Origin: an uncultured Bifidobacterium sp. | Lineage (GTDB): Bacteria; Actinomycetota; Actinomycetes; Nanopelagicales; Nanopelagicaceae | Reading direction: 5' to 3' | Length of the DNA stretch: 64,000 nucleotides | Assembly (NCBI GenBank): GCA_964632545.1 | Contig: CAZWBQ010000005.1 | Span: 15,678-79,677, forward strand | Part shown: positions 53,347-61,510 of the stretch, in pieces | How the letters are laid out: every line of letters begins with the position of its first letter | Position numbering within the stretch: position 1 is the first letter of the stretch | Notes under the pieces: generated by a model | What the model was told of the DNA's origin: nothing | The model's input: only the letters and a program-made list of their open reading frames with translations | Databases searched by the model: none | Made by a program: the position numbers and the translations under genes

Positions 53347-54632
53347 ACGAACCATTTGCTGCCGTAGAAATAATCGCTGCTAAACGCGATCGCGGTGTTT
53401 TGACTGACTCACAGATCGATTGGGTAATTGATGCATATACCCGTGGTGCGGTTGCGGATGAACAGATGTCCGCCCTGTTAATGGCAATTTTATTAAACGG
53501 AATGAGCAGCCACGAGATTTCACGTTGGACTGATGCGATGATTAAAAGCGGCGAACGAATGTCATGGTCGAAACTTTCAATACCCACAGTCGATAAACAT
53601 TCAACTGGAGGTGTCGGTGACAAAATTACATTGCCGCTTGCGCCATTAGTTGCAGCTTGCGGCGCAGCTGTTCCACAATTATCTGGCCGCGGACTTGGCC
53701 ACACTGGTGGCACACTTGATAAACTCGAATCGATTCCTGGTTGGCGCGCATCATTATCTAGTGAAGAGATGTTAAAAGTTTTGCAAGAATGTGGCGCTGT
53801 AATTTGCGCGGCTGGTGCCGGATTAGCGCCAGCAGATAAGAAACTTTACGCACTTCGCGATGTAACTGGAACGGTGCCTGCAATACCATTGATTGCTTCT
53901 TCAATCATGAGCAAGAAAATTGCAGAGGGAACTAGTGCGCTGGTTTTGGATGTCAAAACTGGAAGTGGCGCATTTATGTCTGATCCAGAGCAAGCAAAAT
54001 TATTAGCACGCACCATGGTTGATTTAGGTGTACGTGCCGGAGTGAAAACTCGCGCGCTAGTAACTGCAATGGATGTACCGCTTGGTTTAACAGCTGGAAA
54101 TGCCTTAGAAGTTAGGGAGTCAATTGAAGTTTTGGCTGGTGGTGGCCCAACCGATGTAGTGGAGTTAACGCTGATTTTAGCTCGCGAAATGTTGGAATTA
54201 GCTGGCGTAACTGGCAAAGATCCAGCGATTGCGCTGAAAGATGGTAGCGCGATGGATCATTGGCGGCGCATGATTAAAGCGCAAGGTGGCGATCCAGATG
54301 CCAAATTACCAACTGCCAAAGAATCGCAACAAGTATTTGCTCAAAATGATGGACTGCTAACCAGAATGGATGCGATGAAAGTAGGTGTATCTGCTTGGTT
54401 ATTAGGTGCGGGTAGGTCACGGCAAGGCGAAAAAGTTCAAGCAGGCGCCGGAATAGAAATGCATGTAAAGCCTGGTGAAATGGTTAAGAAAGGCGCGCCG
54501 ATATTTACGCTCCATTCCGATGAACCTGCAAGGTTTGCGCGATCCATAGCTGAACTTGATGGCGCAGTTTCGATTTCTACTTCTAATGAAAAGGTGGAAC
54601 GATTACCTTTAATAGTTGCGCGGATCGAATAA
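53343..54632 (+). CDS. deoA: thymidine/pyrimidine-nucleoside phosphorylase
   Basis: GTG 53343 in a GTGA overlap with the cdd stop; DKHSTGGVGDK and SGRGLGHTGGTLDKLE motifs. Confidence 0.92.
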   Translation: MNEPFAAVEIIAAKRDRGVLTDSQIDWVIDAYTRGAVADEQMSALLMAILLNGMSSHEISRWTDAMIKSGERMSWSKLSIPTVDKHSTGGVGDKITLPLAPLVAACGAAVPQLSGRGLGHTGGTLDKLESIPGWRASLSSEEMLKVLQECGAVICAAGAGLAPADKKLYALRDVTGTVPAIPLIASSIMSKKIAEGTSALVLDVKTGSGAFMSDPEQAKLLARTMVDLGVRAGVKTRALVTAMDVPLGLTAGNALEVRESIEVLAGGGPTDVVELTLILAREMLELAGVTGKDPAIALKDGSAMDHWRRMIKAQGGDPDAKLPTAKESQQVFAQNDGLLTRMDAMKVGVSAWLLGAGRSRQGEKVQAGAGIEMHVKPGEMVKKGAPIFTLHSDEPARFARSIAELDGAVSISTSNEKVERLPLIVARIE

Positions 54633-54650
54633 ATTAAAGAGGAATTATAA

Positions 54651-55745
54651 ATGTCGTTGCAAAATGTTCCAACAAAGGAACAAGTTAAGAAGGTTCCAAA
54701 AGCGCTCTTGCACGATCATTTAGATGGCGGATTACGTCCGGAAACAATTATTGAAATTGCAGAGAAAATTGGCTATAAAAAACTTCCAACAGAGGATCCG
54801 GCAAAACTTGCGGATTGGTTTCAAGAATCCTGTGACTCAGGATCGCTCGTTCGATACTTAGAGACTTTTGCGCACACTATTGCAGTAATGCAGACTCGCG
54901 AAGGAATTATGCAAGTAGCACGCGAATGTGCAATTGATCTTGCTAGAGATGGTGTGGTTTACGCCGAAGTCCGCGGCGCGCCAGAACTTTTTACAGAACA
55001 AGGGCTAACTTTGAATCAAGTTGTTGAAGCTACAACCGAAGGTTATAAAGAAGGAATGGCGGAAGCAAAACGAGAAGGTAATACGATTCGAGTCGAATCT
55101 ATTCTCTGTGGTATGCGCCAAAATAATCGCTCCCAAGAAACTGCAGAAGCCGTTATTAAATATCGCGACCAAGGCGTAGTTGGGTTTGATATTGCTGGAC
55201 CAGAAGATGGTTTTCCACCAACGAATCAATTAGATACATTCGAATATTTACGGAAAGAAAATGCGCATTTCACAATTCATGCTGGTGAGGCTTATGGATT
55301 GCCATCAATTTGGGAAGCGATCCAACATTGCGGAGCCGAACGTTTAGGCCATGGCGTACGAATAATTGATGATATTGATTTTTCTGGCGCCACACCTAAG
55401 TTAGGGCGGTTAGCTTCATATGTAAGAGACCGTCGAATTCCGCTAGAACTTTGTCCAACCTCAAACTTACAAACAGGTGCTGCAAAGACCATTGCTGAGC
55501 ATCCAATTGGAGTATTAGCTAAATTGCGGTTTCGGATCACAGTCAATACCGATAACCGTTTAATGTCTCGCACGTCAATGAGTCACGAGATGAATGAATT
55601 AGTAAACGCATTTGGTTGGAATTTTGCTGATTTACAACGGGTAACTGTTAATGCAATGAAAAGCGCATTCATCCCGTTCGAAGAGCGATTAGCAATTATT
55701 GAATCTGTTATTAAACCTAGTTACGCAAGGATTGCCAGCGAGTAA
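54651..55745 (+). CDS. add: adenosine deaminase
   Basis: [16 protein letters not shown] and TVNTDN motifs. Confidence 0.92.
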   Translation: MSLQNVPTKEQVKKVPKALLHDHLDGGLRPETIIEIAEKIGYKKLPTEDPAKLADWFQESCDSGSLVRYLETFAHTIAVMQTREGIMQVARECAIDLARDGVVYAEVRGAPELFTEQGLTLNQVVEATTEGYKEGMAEAKREGNTIRVESILCGMRQNNRSQETAEAVIKYRDQGVVGFDIAGPEDGFPPTNQLDTFEYLRKENAHFTIHAGEAYGLPSIWEAIQHCGAERLGHGVRIIDDIDFSGATPKLGRLASYVRDRRIPLELCPTSNLQTGAAKTIAEHPIGVLAKLRFRITVNTDNRLMSRTSMSHEMNELVNAFGWNFADLQRVTVNAMKSAFIPFEERLAIIESVIKPSYARIASE

Positions 55746-56588
55746 TCAAAATCCGATTGGGTGCCAGACCGTTTTATTTTCCATAAAAGCTAACATCCGG
55801 TGTGGCGTTGGGGTTTTGCTAAATCTATGAATTCGCTTTAAGTTTTCAGATCCAGCAATCCTAAGTTCTGCTTCAATCTTCGAATCTGCCCCAGATATAT
55901 CTAAGCCATCGATTTCCATATGAGAAGCAAGCCAAGGCGCTAATTCAGAAACTTTTCCAGTTAATATATTTAAAACACCAGCAGGTAAATCACTAGTTGC
56001 TAGCGCTTCACTAAGAGTTATGGCGGGGAGTGGTCGCTTTTCGCTTGCAATTACAACTGCAGTATTTCCGGTTGCAATTACTGGCGCAATCGCCGCAACT
56101 AATCCAAGTAAAGATTCTTTCTGATCTGAAATAATTCCAATTACGCCAAGCTCTTCTGGAGTTGTAAAGTTGTAATATGGACCAGCAATTGGATTGGTAG
56201 CGCCAGCAATTGTAGAAATCTTGTCACACCATCCGGCGTACCAAACCCACAAATCAATTGCCTGATCAACTTGAACTTGGGCAGCCTTTGATGTCACACC
56301 CTCTAAGGCGATAATCTCTGCAACAAATTGTTCGCGTCGGCCTTCCATAATTTCAGCTACTCGGTAGAGAATTTGGCCACGATTAAAGGCCGTTGCAACG
56401 CTCCACCCCGAAAGCGCTGACTTTGCGGCAGTAACGCAATCCCTTAAATCTTTACGTGAAGCTAACGCAGGGTTAGCAATAAATTTTCCGTTAGCGCCGT
56501 TAATTTCATAACTACGACCAGATTCACTTCTAGGAAATTGGCCGCCAATAAATAATTTATAGGTTTTCTTTACATCGATGCGGCTCAT
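55746..56588 (-). CDS. aldehyde dehydrogenase-family protein lacking the catalytic domain (280 aa)
   Basis: Start set at the ATG in an ATGA overlap with the upstream ALDH stop. N-terminal ALDH Rossmann region is present (KLFIGGQF.., ..IATGNTAVV.., ..GVLNILTG..). It ends soon after ..SENLKRI, with no ELGGK Glu and no catalytic Cys. The tail ..LAFMENKTVWHPIGF resembles the ALDH C-terminal strand. Confidence 0.7.
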   Translation of the reverse strand: MSRIDVKKTYKLFIGGQFPRSESGRSYEINGANGKFIANPALASRKDLRDCVTAAKSALSGWSVATAFNRGQILYRVAEIMEGRREQFVAEIIALEGVTSKAAQVQVDQAIDLWVWYAGWCDKISTIAGATNPIAGPYYNFTTPEELGVIGIISDQKESLLGLVAAIAPVIATGNTAVVIASEKRPLPAITLSEALATSDLPAGVLNILTGKVSELAPWLASHMEIDGLDISGADSKIEAELRIAGSENLKRIHRFSKTPTPHRMLAFMENKTVWHPIGF

Positions 56589-58033
56589 TTTGCGCCTTTC
56601 AAATATGCAGCAAGTCCATGGCGTCCGCCTTCGCGACCCCAACCAGATTCTTTATAACCGCCAAATGGCGAAGCTGGATCAAATTTATTAAATGTATTAG
56701 CCCAAATCACACCGGCTTTCAGCGCTTTGCTAGCCCAAAGTATTCTGGAACCTTTCTCACTCCAAACACCAGCCGATAGCCCATATGGCGTGTTATTCGC
56801 TTTTTCAATTGCTTCTTGTGGTGTTCGAAAAGTTAAGATCGAAAGCACTGGTCCAAATATTTCTTCACGCGCGATTCTGTGGGATTGTGATACACCAGTA
56901 AAAATTGTTGGAGCAAACCAGAATCCTTTGCTTGGCAGGGCACAATCTGGGCTCCATCTAAACGCACCTTCAGTATCACCAGATAGCGAAAGTTCCTTGA
57001 TTCTAGCTAATTGTGCGGCAGAGTTTATCGCACCCAGATCTGTATTTTTATCGAGTGGGTCGCCAACTCGAATTAGCGACATCCTTCGCTTCAACTTTTC
57101 CAATAGCTCATCATAAATATTTTCTTGAACGATAAGCCTAGAACCAGCGCAACAAACGTGGCCTTGATTAAAAAATATTCCGTTTACAATTCCTTCAACT
57201 GCTTGATCAATCGGCGCATCGTCAAAGACAATATTCGCTGCCTTGCCACCTAACTCAAGAGTGGCACTCTTGCCGCTAATCGCAATTGATTTTGCAATCA
57301 ATTTTCCAACTTCAGTCGAACCCGTAAATGCAATTTTGTCGATACCAGGATGATTGACTAACGCAGCTCCAGTTGTGCCATCTCCAGTAATGATATTTAC
57401 AACCCCAGCCGGCAAATCTGCTTGTTGACAGACCTCCGCAAATAAGAGCGCAGTTAATGGCGTGGTTTCAGCAGGTTTTAAAACTATGGTATTTCCAGTA
57501 GCAAGCGCTGGCGCAATTTTCCAAGCCAACATCAAAAGCGGAAAGTTCCATGGAATTATTTGACCAACGACACCATGTGGTTTTGGATTATTTCCAAGAC
57601 CCGCATAATCCAATTTGTCGGCCCATCCAGCGTGATAAAAGAAATGTGCTGCAGCGAGCGGTACATCAACATCACGAGATTCTCTAATTGGTTTTCCATT
57701 GTCTAGCGTTTCTAATACCGCAAACTCTCGAGCTCGTTCTTGCATGATTCGCGCAATCCGAAATAAGTATTTACCGCGTTCTTTCGGTGGCATTTTTGAC
57801 CAGATTTTTGTGTAGGCAGCGCGCGCAGCTTTCACTGCCCGATCCACATCACTCTCACTTGCTTGACTAATCTTGCTTAAAACTTCTTCGTTAGCAGGAT
57901 TAATTGTTGCAAATTTATCTTTGGTTTTAGGCTCTACCCAAATACCGTTAATGAACAAGCCATATTGCGACTTTATTGAAACGACCGAGCGCGATTCCGG
58001 CGCTGGCGCATATTCGAAAGGGTGCTTATCCAT
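56585..58033 (-). CDS. NAD(P)-dependent aldehyde dehydrogenase (full length)
   Basis: IIPWNFPLLM, LELGGKAA, catalytic GHVCCAGSR and EEIFGPV; 482 aa. Confidence 0.9.
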   Translation of the reverse strand: MDKHPFEYAPAPESRSVVSIKSQYGLFINGIWVEPKTKDKFATINPANEEVLSKISQASESDVDRAVKAARAAYTKIWSKMPPKERGKYLFRIARIMQERAREFAVLETLDNGKPIRESRDVDVPLAAAHFFYHAGWADKLDYAGLGNNPKPHGVVGQIIPWNFPLLMLAWKIAPALATGNTIVLKPAETTPLTALLFAEVCQQADLPAGVVNIITGDGTTGAALVNHPGIDKIAFTGSTEVGKLIAKSIAISGKSATLELGGKAANIVFDDAPIDQAVEGIVNGIFFNQGHVCCAGSRLIVQENIYDELLEKLKRRMSLIRVGDPLDKNTDLGAINSAAQLARIKELSLSGDTEGAFRWSPDCALPSKGFWFAPTIFTGVSQSHRIAREEIFGPVLSILTFRTPQEAIEKANNTPYGLSAGVWSEKGSRILWASKALKAGVIWANTFNKFDPASPFGGYKESGWGREGGRHGLAAYLKGAK

Positions 58034-58056
58034 GGTTTGGCTACCTTATTTCACTA

Positions 58057-58998
58057 TCAGTCTAAAGTCACGTAATTAGAACCCGAGTAATAACCAGATG
58101 CTACTTTCATCCGTTGCATCAATAAATCATTTAATAGCGCACTTGCACCAATTCTGAAAAGTTGTGGGTTGAGCCATTCTGGACCTGCAATTTCATTAAC
58201 TAAAACTAATTGCTTGATTGCATCCTTTGTGGTTCGGATGCCACCCGCAGCTTTCACGCCAATGCGCATTCCGGTTTTTTGGTAATAGTCGCGCACTGCT
58301 TCGAGCATTACTAACACAACTGGTGGGGTAGCGGCGGGAGTGATTTTTCCCGTACTAGTTTTAATAAAATCAGCACCAGCTAGCATCGCTATATATGAGG
58401 CTTTTCGAACATTATCGTAAGTAACTAATTCGCCAGTCTCCAAAATAACTTTTAAATGTGCACGATTCCCGCAGATTTCCTTTATTGCTTTAATTTCATC
58501 GAAAACCAATCCCAATTTGCCAGAGAGAAAAGCGCCTCGGTCTATCACCATATCTATTTCAGTTGCGCCATCAGAAATTGCATCTTCAGTATCTCGAAGT
58601 TTAACTTTCATAGAGGCGCGACCTGATGGAAAAGCGGTGGTGACTGCTGCAACTGGAATATGCGAACCACCATTCATATTTAAGCTTTCGCGCGCAACGC
58701 GTACAAGATCGTTATAAACGCAGACTGCACCAACACTTGGAACTGTAAAATCATTTGGATCTGGATGGACAGCTTTTGCACAGATCGCCCGAACTTTGCC
58801 ATCCGTATCTGCGCCTTCTAACGTAGTTAAATCCACCATCTTTATTGCCATATCGATCGCCCAAGATTTACTCGAAGTTTTTATGCTTCTAGTTCCTAAT
58901 GTGGCAGCTCGTTGATCAACGCCAACTTTGTCAACTCCGGCGAGTGTTTCCAGAAATTTCCGAAGCGATGCTTCAGTTCCATCAATCAACGTAGCCAT
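58057..58998 (-). CDS. deoC: deoxyribose-phosphate aldolase (long DERA type)
   Basis: Schiff-base lysine motif DFIKTSTGK; TIM-barrel aldolase in a nucleoside catabolism context. Confidence 0.9.
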   Translation of the reverse strand: MATLIDGTEASLRKFLETLAGVDKVGVDQRAATLGTRSIKTSSKSWAIDMAIKMVDLTTLEGADTDGKVRAICAKAVHPDPNDFTVPSVGAVCVYNDLVRVARESLNMNGGSHIPVAAVTTAFPSGRASMKVKLRDTEDAISDGATEIDMVIDRGAFLSGKLGLVFDEIKAIKEICGNRAHLKVILETGELVTYDNVRKASYIAMLAGADFIKTSTGKITPAATPPVVLVMLEAVRDYYQKTGMRIGVKAAGGIRTTKDAIKQLVLVNEIAGPEWLNPQLFRIGASALLNDLLMQRMKVASGYYSGSNYVTLD

Positions 58999-59002
58999 AT
59001 GG

Positions 59003-60637
59003 TTAGCCTACTAATAGTTTCGTTAAAGCGTCACGTAAAATCTCCACTTTGGAATCTGCTTTCAGTCTTGCTGTACTTATTGGGCCAACTTCTACAACTT
59101 CAATGTAACATTTAATTTTAGGTTCAGTTCCACTCGGCCTTATTATGATTCTGATGCCTTCGCCAAGCCAAAATCTAATTCCGTCGGTTGGCGGGAGATT
59201 GTTTGTTGGGTGGGATAAGTCGCTGAAATTATCAACTTTGTAACCCGCTATTTCTTCAGGAGTTTGATTTCGGAATAAATCCATAATTTGGGAAATCTTT
59301 TTTAAATCAGTAACGCGAAGTGAAATTTGTGAAGTTGCGTGATATCCATATTTTCCCCAAATTTGGGCTAAATATTCGGCTAATGACATACTGTTTGCAG
59401 CTAAGTTACTAGCAATTTCTACTATTTTTAGCGCTGCGCTAATGCCGTCTTTATCGTTTACGGATTTTGAGTCAACACAATATCCAAGGGCTTCTTCATA
59501 TCCAAAAGCCAAGTTAGGAATTTTCGCCAGCCATTTAAAACCAGTTAAAGTTTCAACAAAGTTTAATGAATAACTATTTGCTATTTTACTCAGGATTGAG
59601 GAAGAAACGATTGAGTTAGCAAATGTTCCAGTTGCGCCTTTGCTTCCTATGTATTCTCCAAATATCGCGCCAACTTCATCGCCGCGCAACATTCGCCAAT
59701 TTTCACCATCTTTAATGGCAACTGCACATCGATCAGCATCTGGATCGTTGGCAATTACTAAGTCCGCATCAAATTTGCGCGCCGTTTCTAAGGCTAAATC
59801 AATGGCACCAACTTCTTCTGGATTTGGAAAAGGTACAGTTGGAAAATCTGGATCTGGCTCAGCTTGGGCAGATACTAGGATTGGCGCAGCAAATCCAGCT
59901 TTTTCAAATACTGAAACTAAAGTTCTCGTGCCTACTCCGTGTAATGCGGTATATACCACTTTGAGAGTTTTGCTTGGCTTTGCAATTTGCGATGTTCTGC
60001 CTATATATTTTAAAACAATCGATTCATCTAATGTTTTCCAGTTACTAGATCTTGGAATTACTTTTAGCGAGTTAATTTTTGCAATTTCTTGAGATATTGC
60101 AAGATCGGATGGGTTAATAATCTGAGATCCGGAATAATTTATGCCATTGACGACGCCACCTAAATAAACTTTATATCCATTATCTTGTGCTGGGTTATGG
60201 CTAGCTGTAATCATCACGCCAACGTTGACCTCTAATTCATTTACTGCAAAAGCTAATACAGGAGTTGGAAGCGGACGAGGCAGAACTAAAACTTTAAATC
60301 CAGCACCGGCCATAATTTCTGCTGTGTCATTTGTGAAATCTTCAGATCCATACCTGGCATCTCGGCCGATAACAATGGAATCCAGACCAGAGGATTTCAT
60401 AAATTCTGCAAGCCCTGCAGCAGTTCTGCCTACGACCGCACGATTCATCCGACTTGGTCCGGGTCCAAGCGCGCCTCTAATTCCAGCGGTTCCAAACTCT
60501 AAAAATCCAGCGAAGCAAAGTCTTAGCTCAGATTCGTTTTCAGTATCTAAATAGCGTTGCAATAATTCAGCGGTTTTAATATCTGGATCATCTTCGATCC
60601 AAGCAGTTACAGAAGCTCGAAGTTCGTTATCAATCAC
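59003..60637 (-). CDS. alpha-D-phosphohexomutase-family phospho-sugar mutase (PGM2-like, probable phosphopentomutase)
   Basis: TASHNPAQDNGYKVY, DPDADR and RPSGTEPK motifs. It sits between punA and deoC. Confidence 0.85.
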   Translation of the reverse strand: MIDNELRASVTAWIEDDPDIKTAELLQRYLDTENESELRLCFAGFLEFGTAGIRGALGPGPSRMNRAVVGRTAAGLAEFMKSSGLDSIVIGRDARYGSEDFTNDTAEIMAGAGFKVLVLPRPLPTPVLAFAVNELEVNVGVMITASHNPAQDNGYKVYLGGVVNGINYSGSQIINPSDLAISQEIAKINSLKVIPRSSNWKTLDESIVLKYIGRTSQIAKPSKTLKVVYTALHGVGTRTLVSVFEKAGFAAPILVSAQAEPDPDFPTVPFPNPEEVGAIDLALETARKFDADLVIANDPDADRCAVAIKDGENWRMLRGDEVGAIFGEYIGSKGATGTFANSIVSSSILSKIANSYSLNFVETLTGFKWLAKIPNLAFGYEEALGYCVDSKSVNDKDGISAALKIVEIASNLAANSMSLAEYLAQIWGKYGYHATSQISLRVTDLKKISQIMDLFRNQTPEEIAGYKVDNFSDLSHPTNNLPPTDGIRFWLGEGIRIIIRPSGTEPKIKCYIEVVEVGPISTARLKADSKVEILRDALTKLLVG

Positions 60638-60639
60638 TT

Positions 60640-61464
60640 TTACAACTTATGAATAAGTTTCGAAAGCAGAGTTCCCATTCGGTCGGCAGCAGCTTTTCCA
60701 GCAGCCATCACTTCTTCATGGTTAAGTTTTTCACCAGTCATACCAGCCGCTGCATTTGTTACCAGCGAGATTCCAGCTACTTCTGCGCCAAGAGCATGTG
60801 CAGCAATTGCCTCAGGCACAGTGGACATTCCAACTAAATCCGCACCCATAGTTCGCATCATCCGAATCTCAGCTGGAGTTTCGTAAGTTGGGCCGCGCCA
60901 ATGGACATATACGCCCTCCACTAACGATGCGTCTTCAACTTTTATCAAATTTCTAATCCTTGCGCTATATAAATCAGTCAAATCTACAAAAGTTGCGCCA
61001 GTAAGTGGGCTAACTCCAGTAAGTGAAATATGGTCTTTAATGATCACTGGTTGCCCAACTTTGAAGTTGGCATTAATTCCACCGCAAGCATTTGTAAGAA
61101 TGACGGTTTTACATCCTGCTTTTACTGCAGTACGAACGCCATGCACTACTGGTTCAATTCCTTTACCTTCGTATAAGTGAGTTCTGCCAAGAAAAACTAA
61201 CGCATGAATTACGCCATTAATTCCTTCGATGTCATAAGAACGAACCAATCCACCATGACCGGCAACTGTTGGTGCAGGAAATCCTGGTAAATCAGTAACT
61301 GGAAATTCGTGGGTGGGAGTTCCTAGTGCATCAGCTGCAGAAACCCAACCGGAACCCATTACTAACGCAACATCATGCGAAAGTTTTCCAGTCTTATTTT
61401 TTAGCGCTAGCGCTGCACTTTCAGCGGCACCCATAGGGTCGGAGTAGATATCTATCACGCCCAA
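60640..61464 (-). CDS. punA: purine nucleoside phosphorylase (trimeric PNP/PunA type)
   Basis: DVALVMGSGW, GR.H.YEG, and VGMSTVPE.I.A.H.G. Start is TTG 61464 or GTG 61458. Confidence 0.9.
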   Translation of the reverse strand: MGVIDIYSDPMGAAESAALALKNKTGKLSHDVALVMGSGWVSAADALGTPTHEFPVTDLPGFPAPTVAGHGGLVRSYDIEGINGVIHALVFLGRTHLYEGKGIEPVVHGVRTAVKAGCKTVILTNACGGINANFKVGQPVIIKDHISLTGVSPLTGATFVDLTDLYSARIRNLIKVEDASLVEGVYVHWRGPTYETPAEIRMMRTMGADLVGMSTVPEAIAAHALGAEVAGISLVTNAAAGMTGEKLNHEEVMAAGKAAADRMGTLLSKLIHKL

Positions 61465-61510
61465 ACCTTACCGCTTCGCCTTCTGGATAACCTAGGCTAA
61501 GCAGAAGTTA

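Noticed and set aside
59640-60554. 150-aa and 109-aa plus-strand ORFs antisense to the phospho-sugar mutase
   Set aside because: Shadow ORFs. The minus-strand product has all phosphohexomutase motifs.
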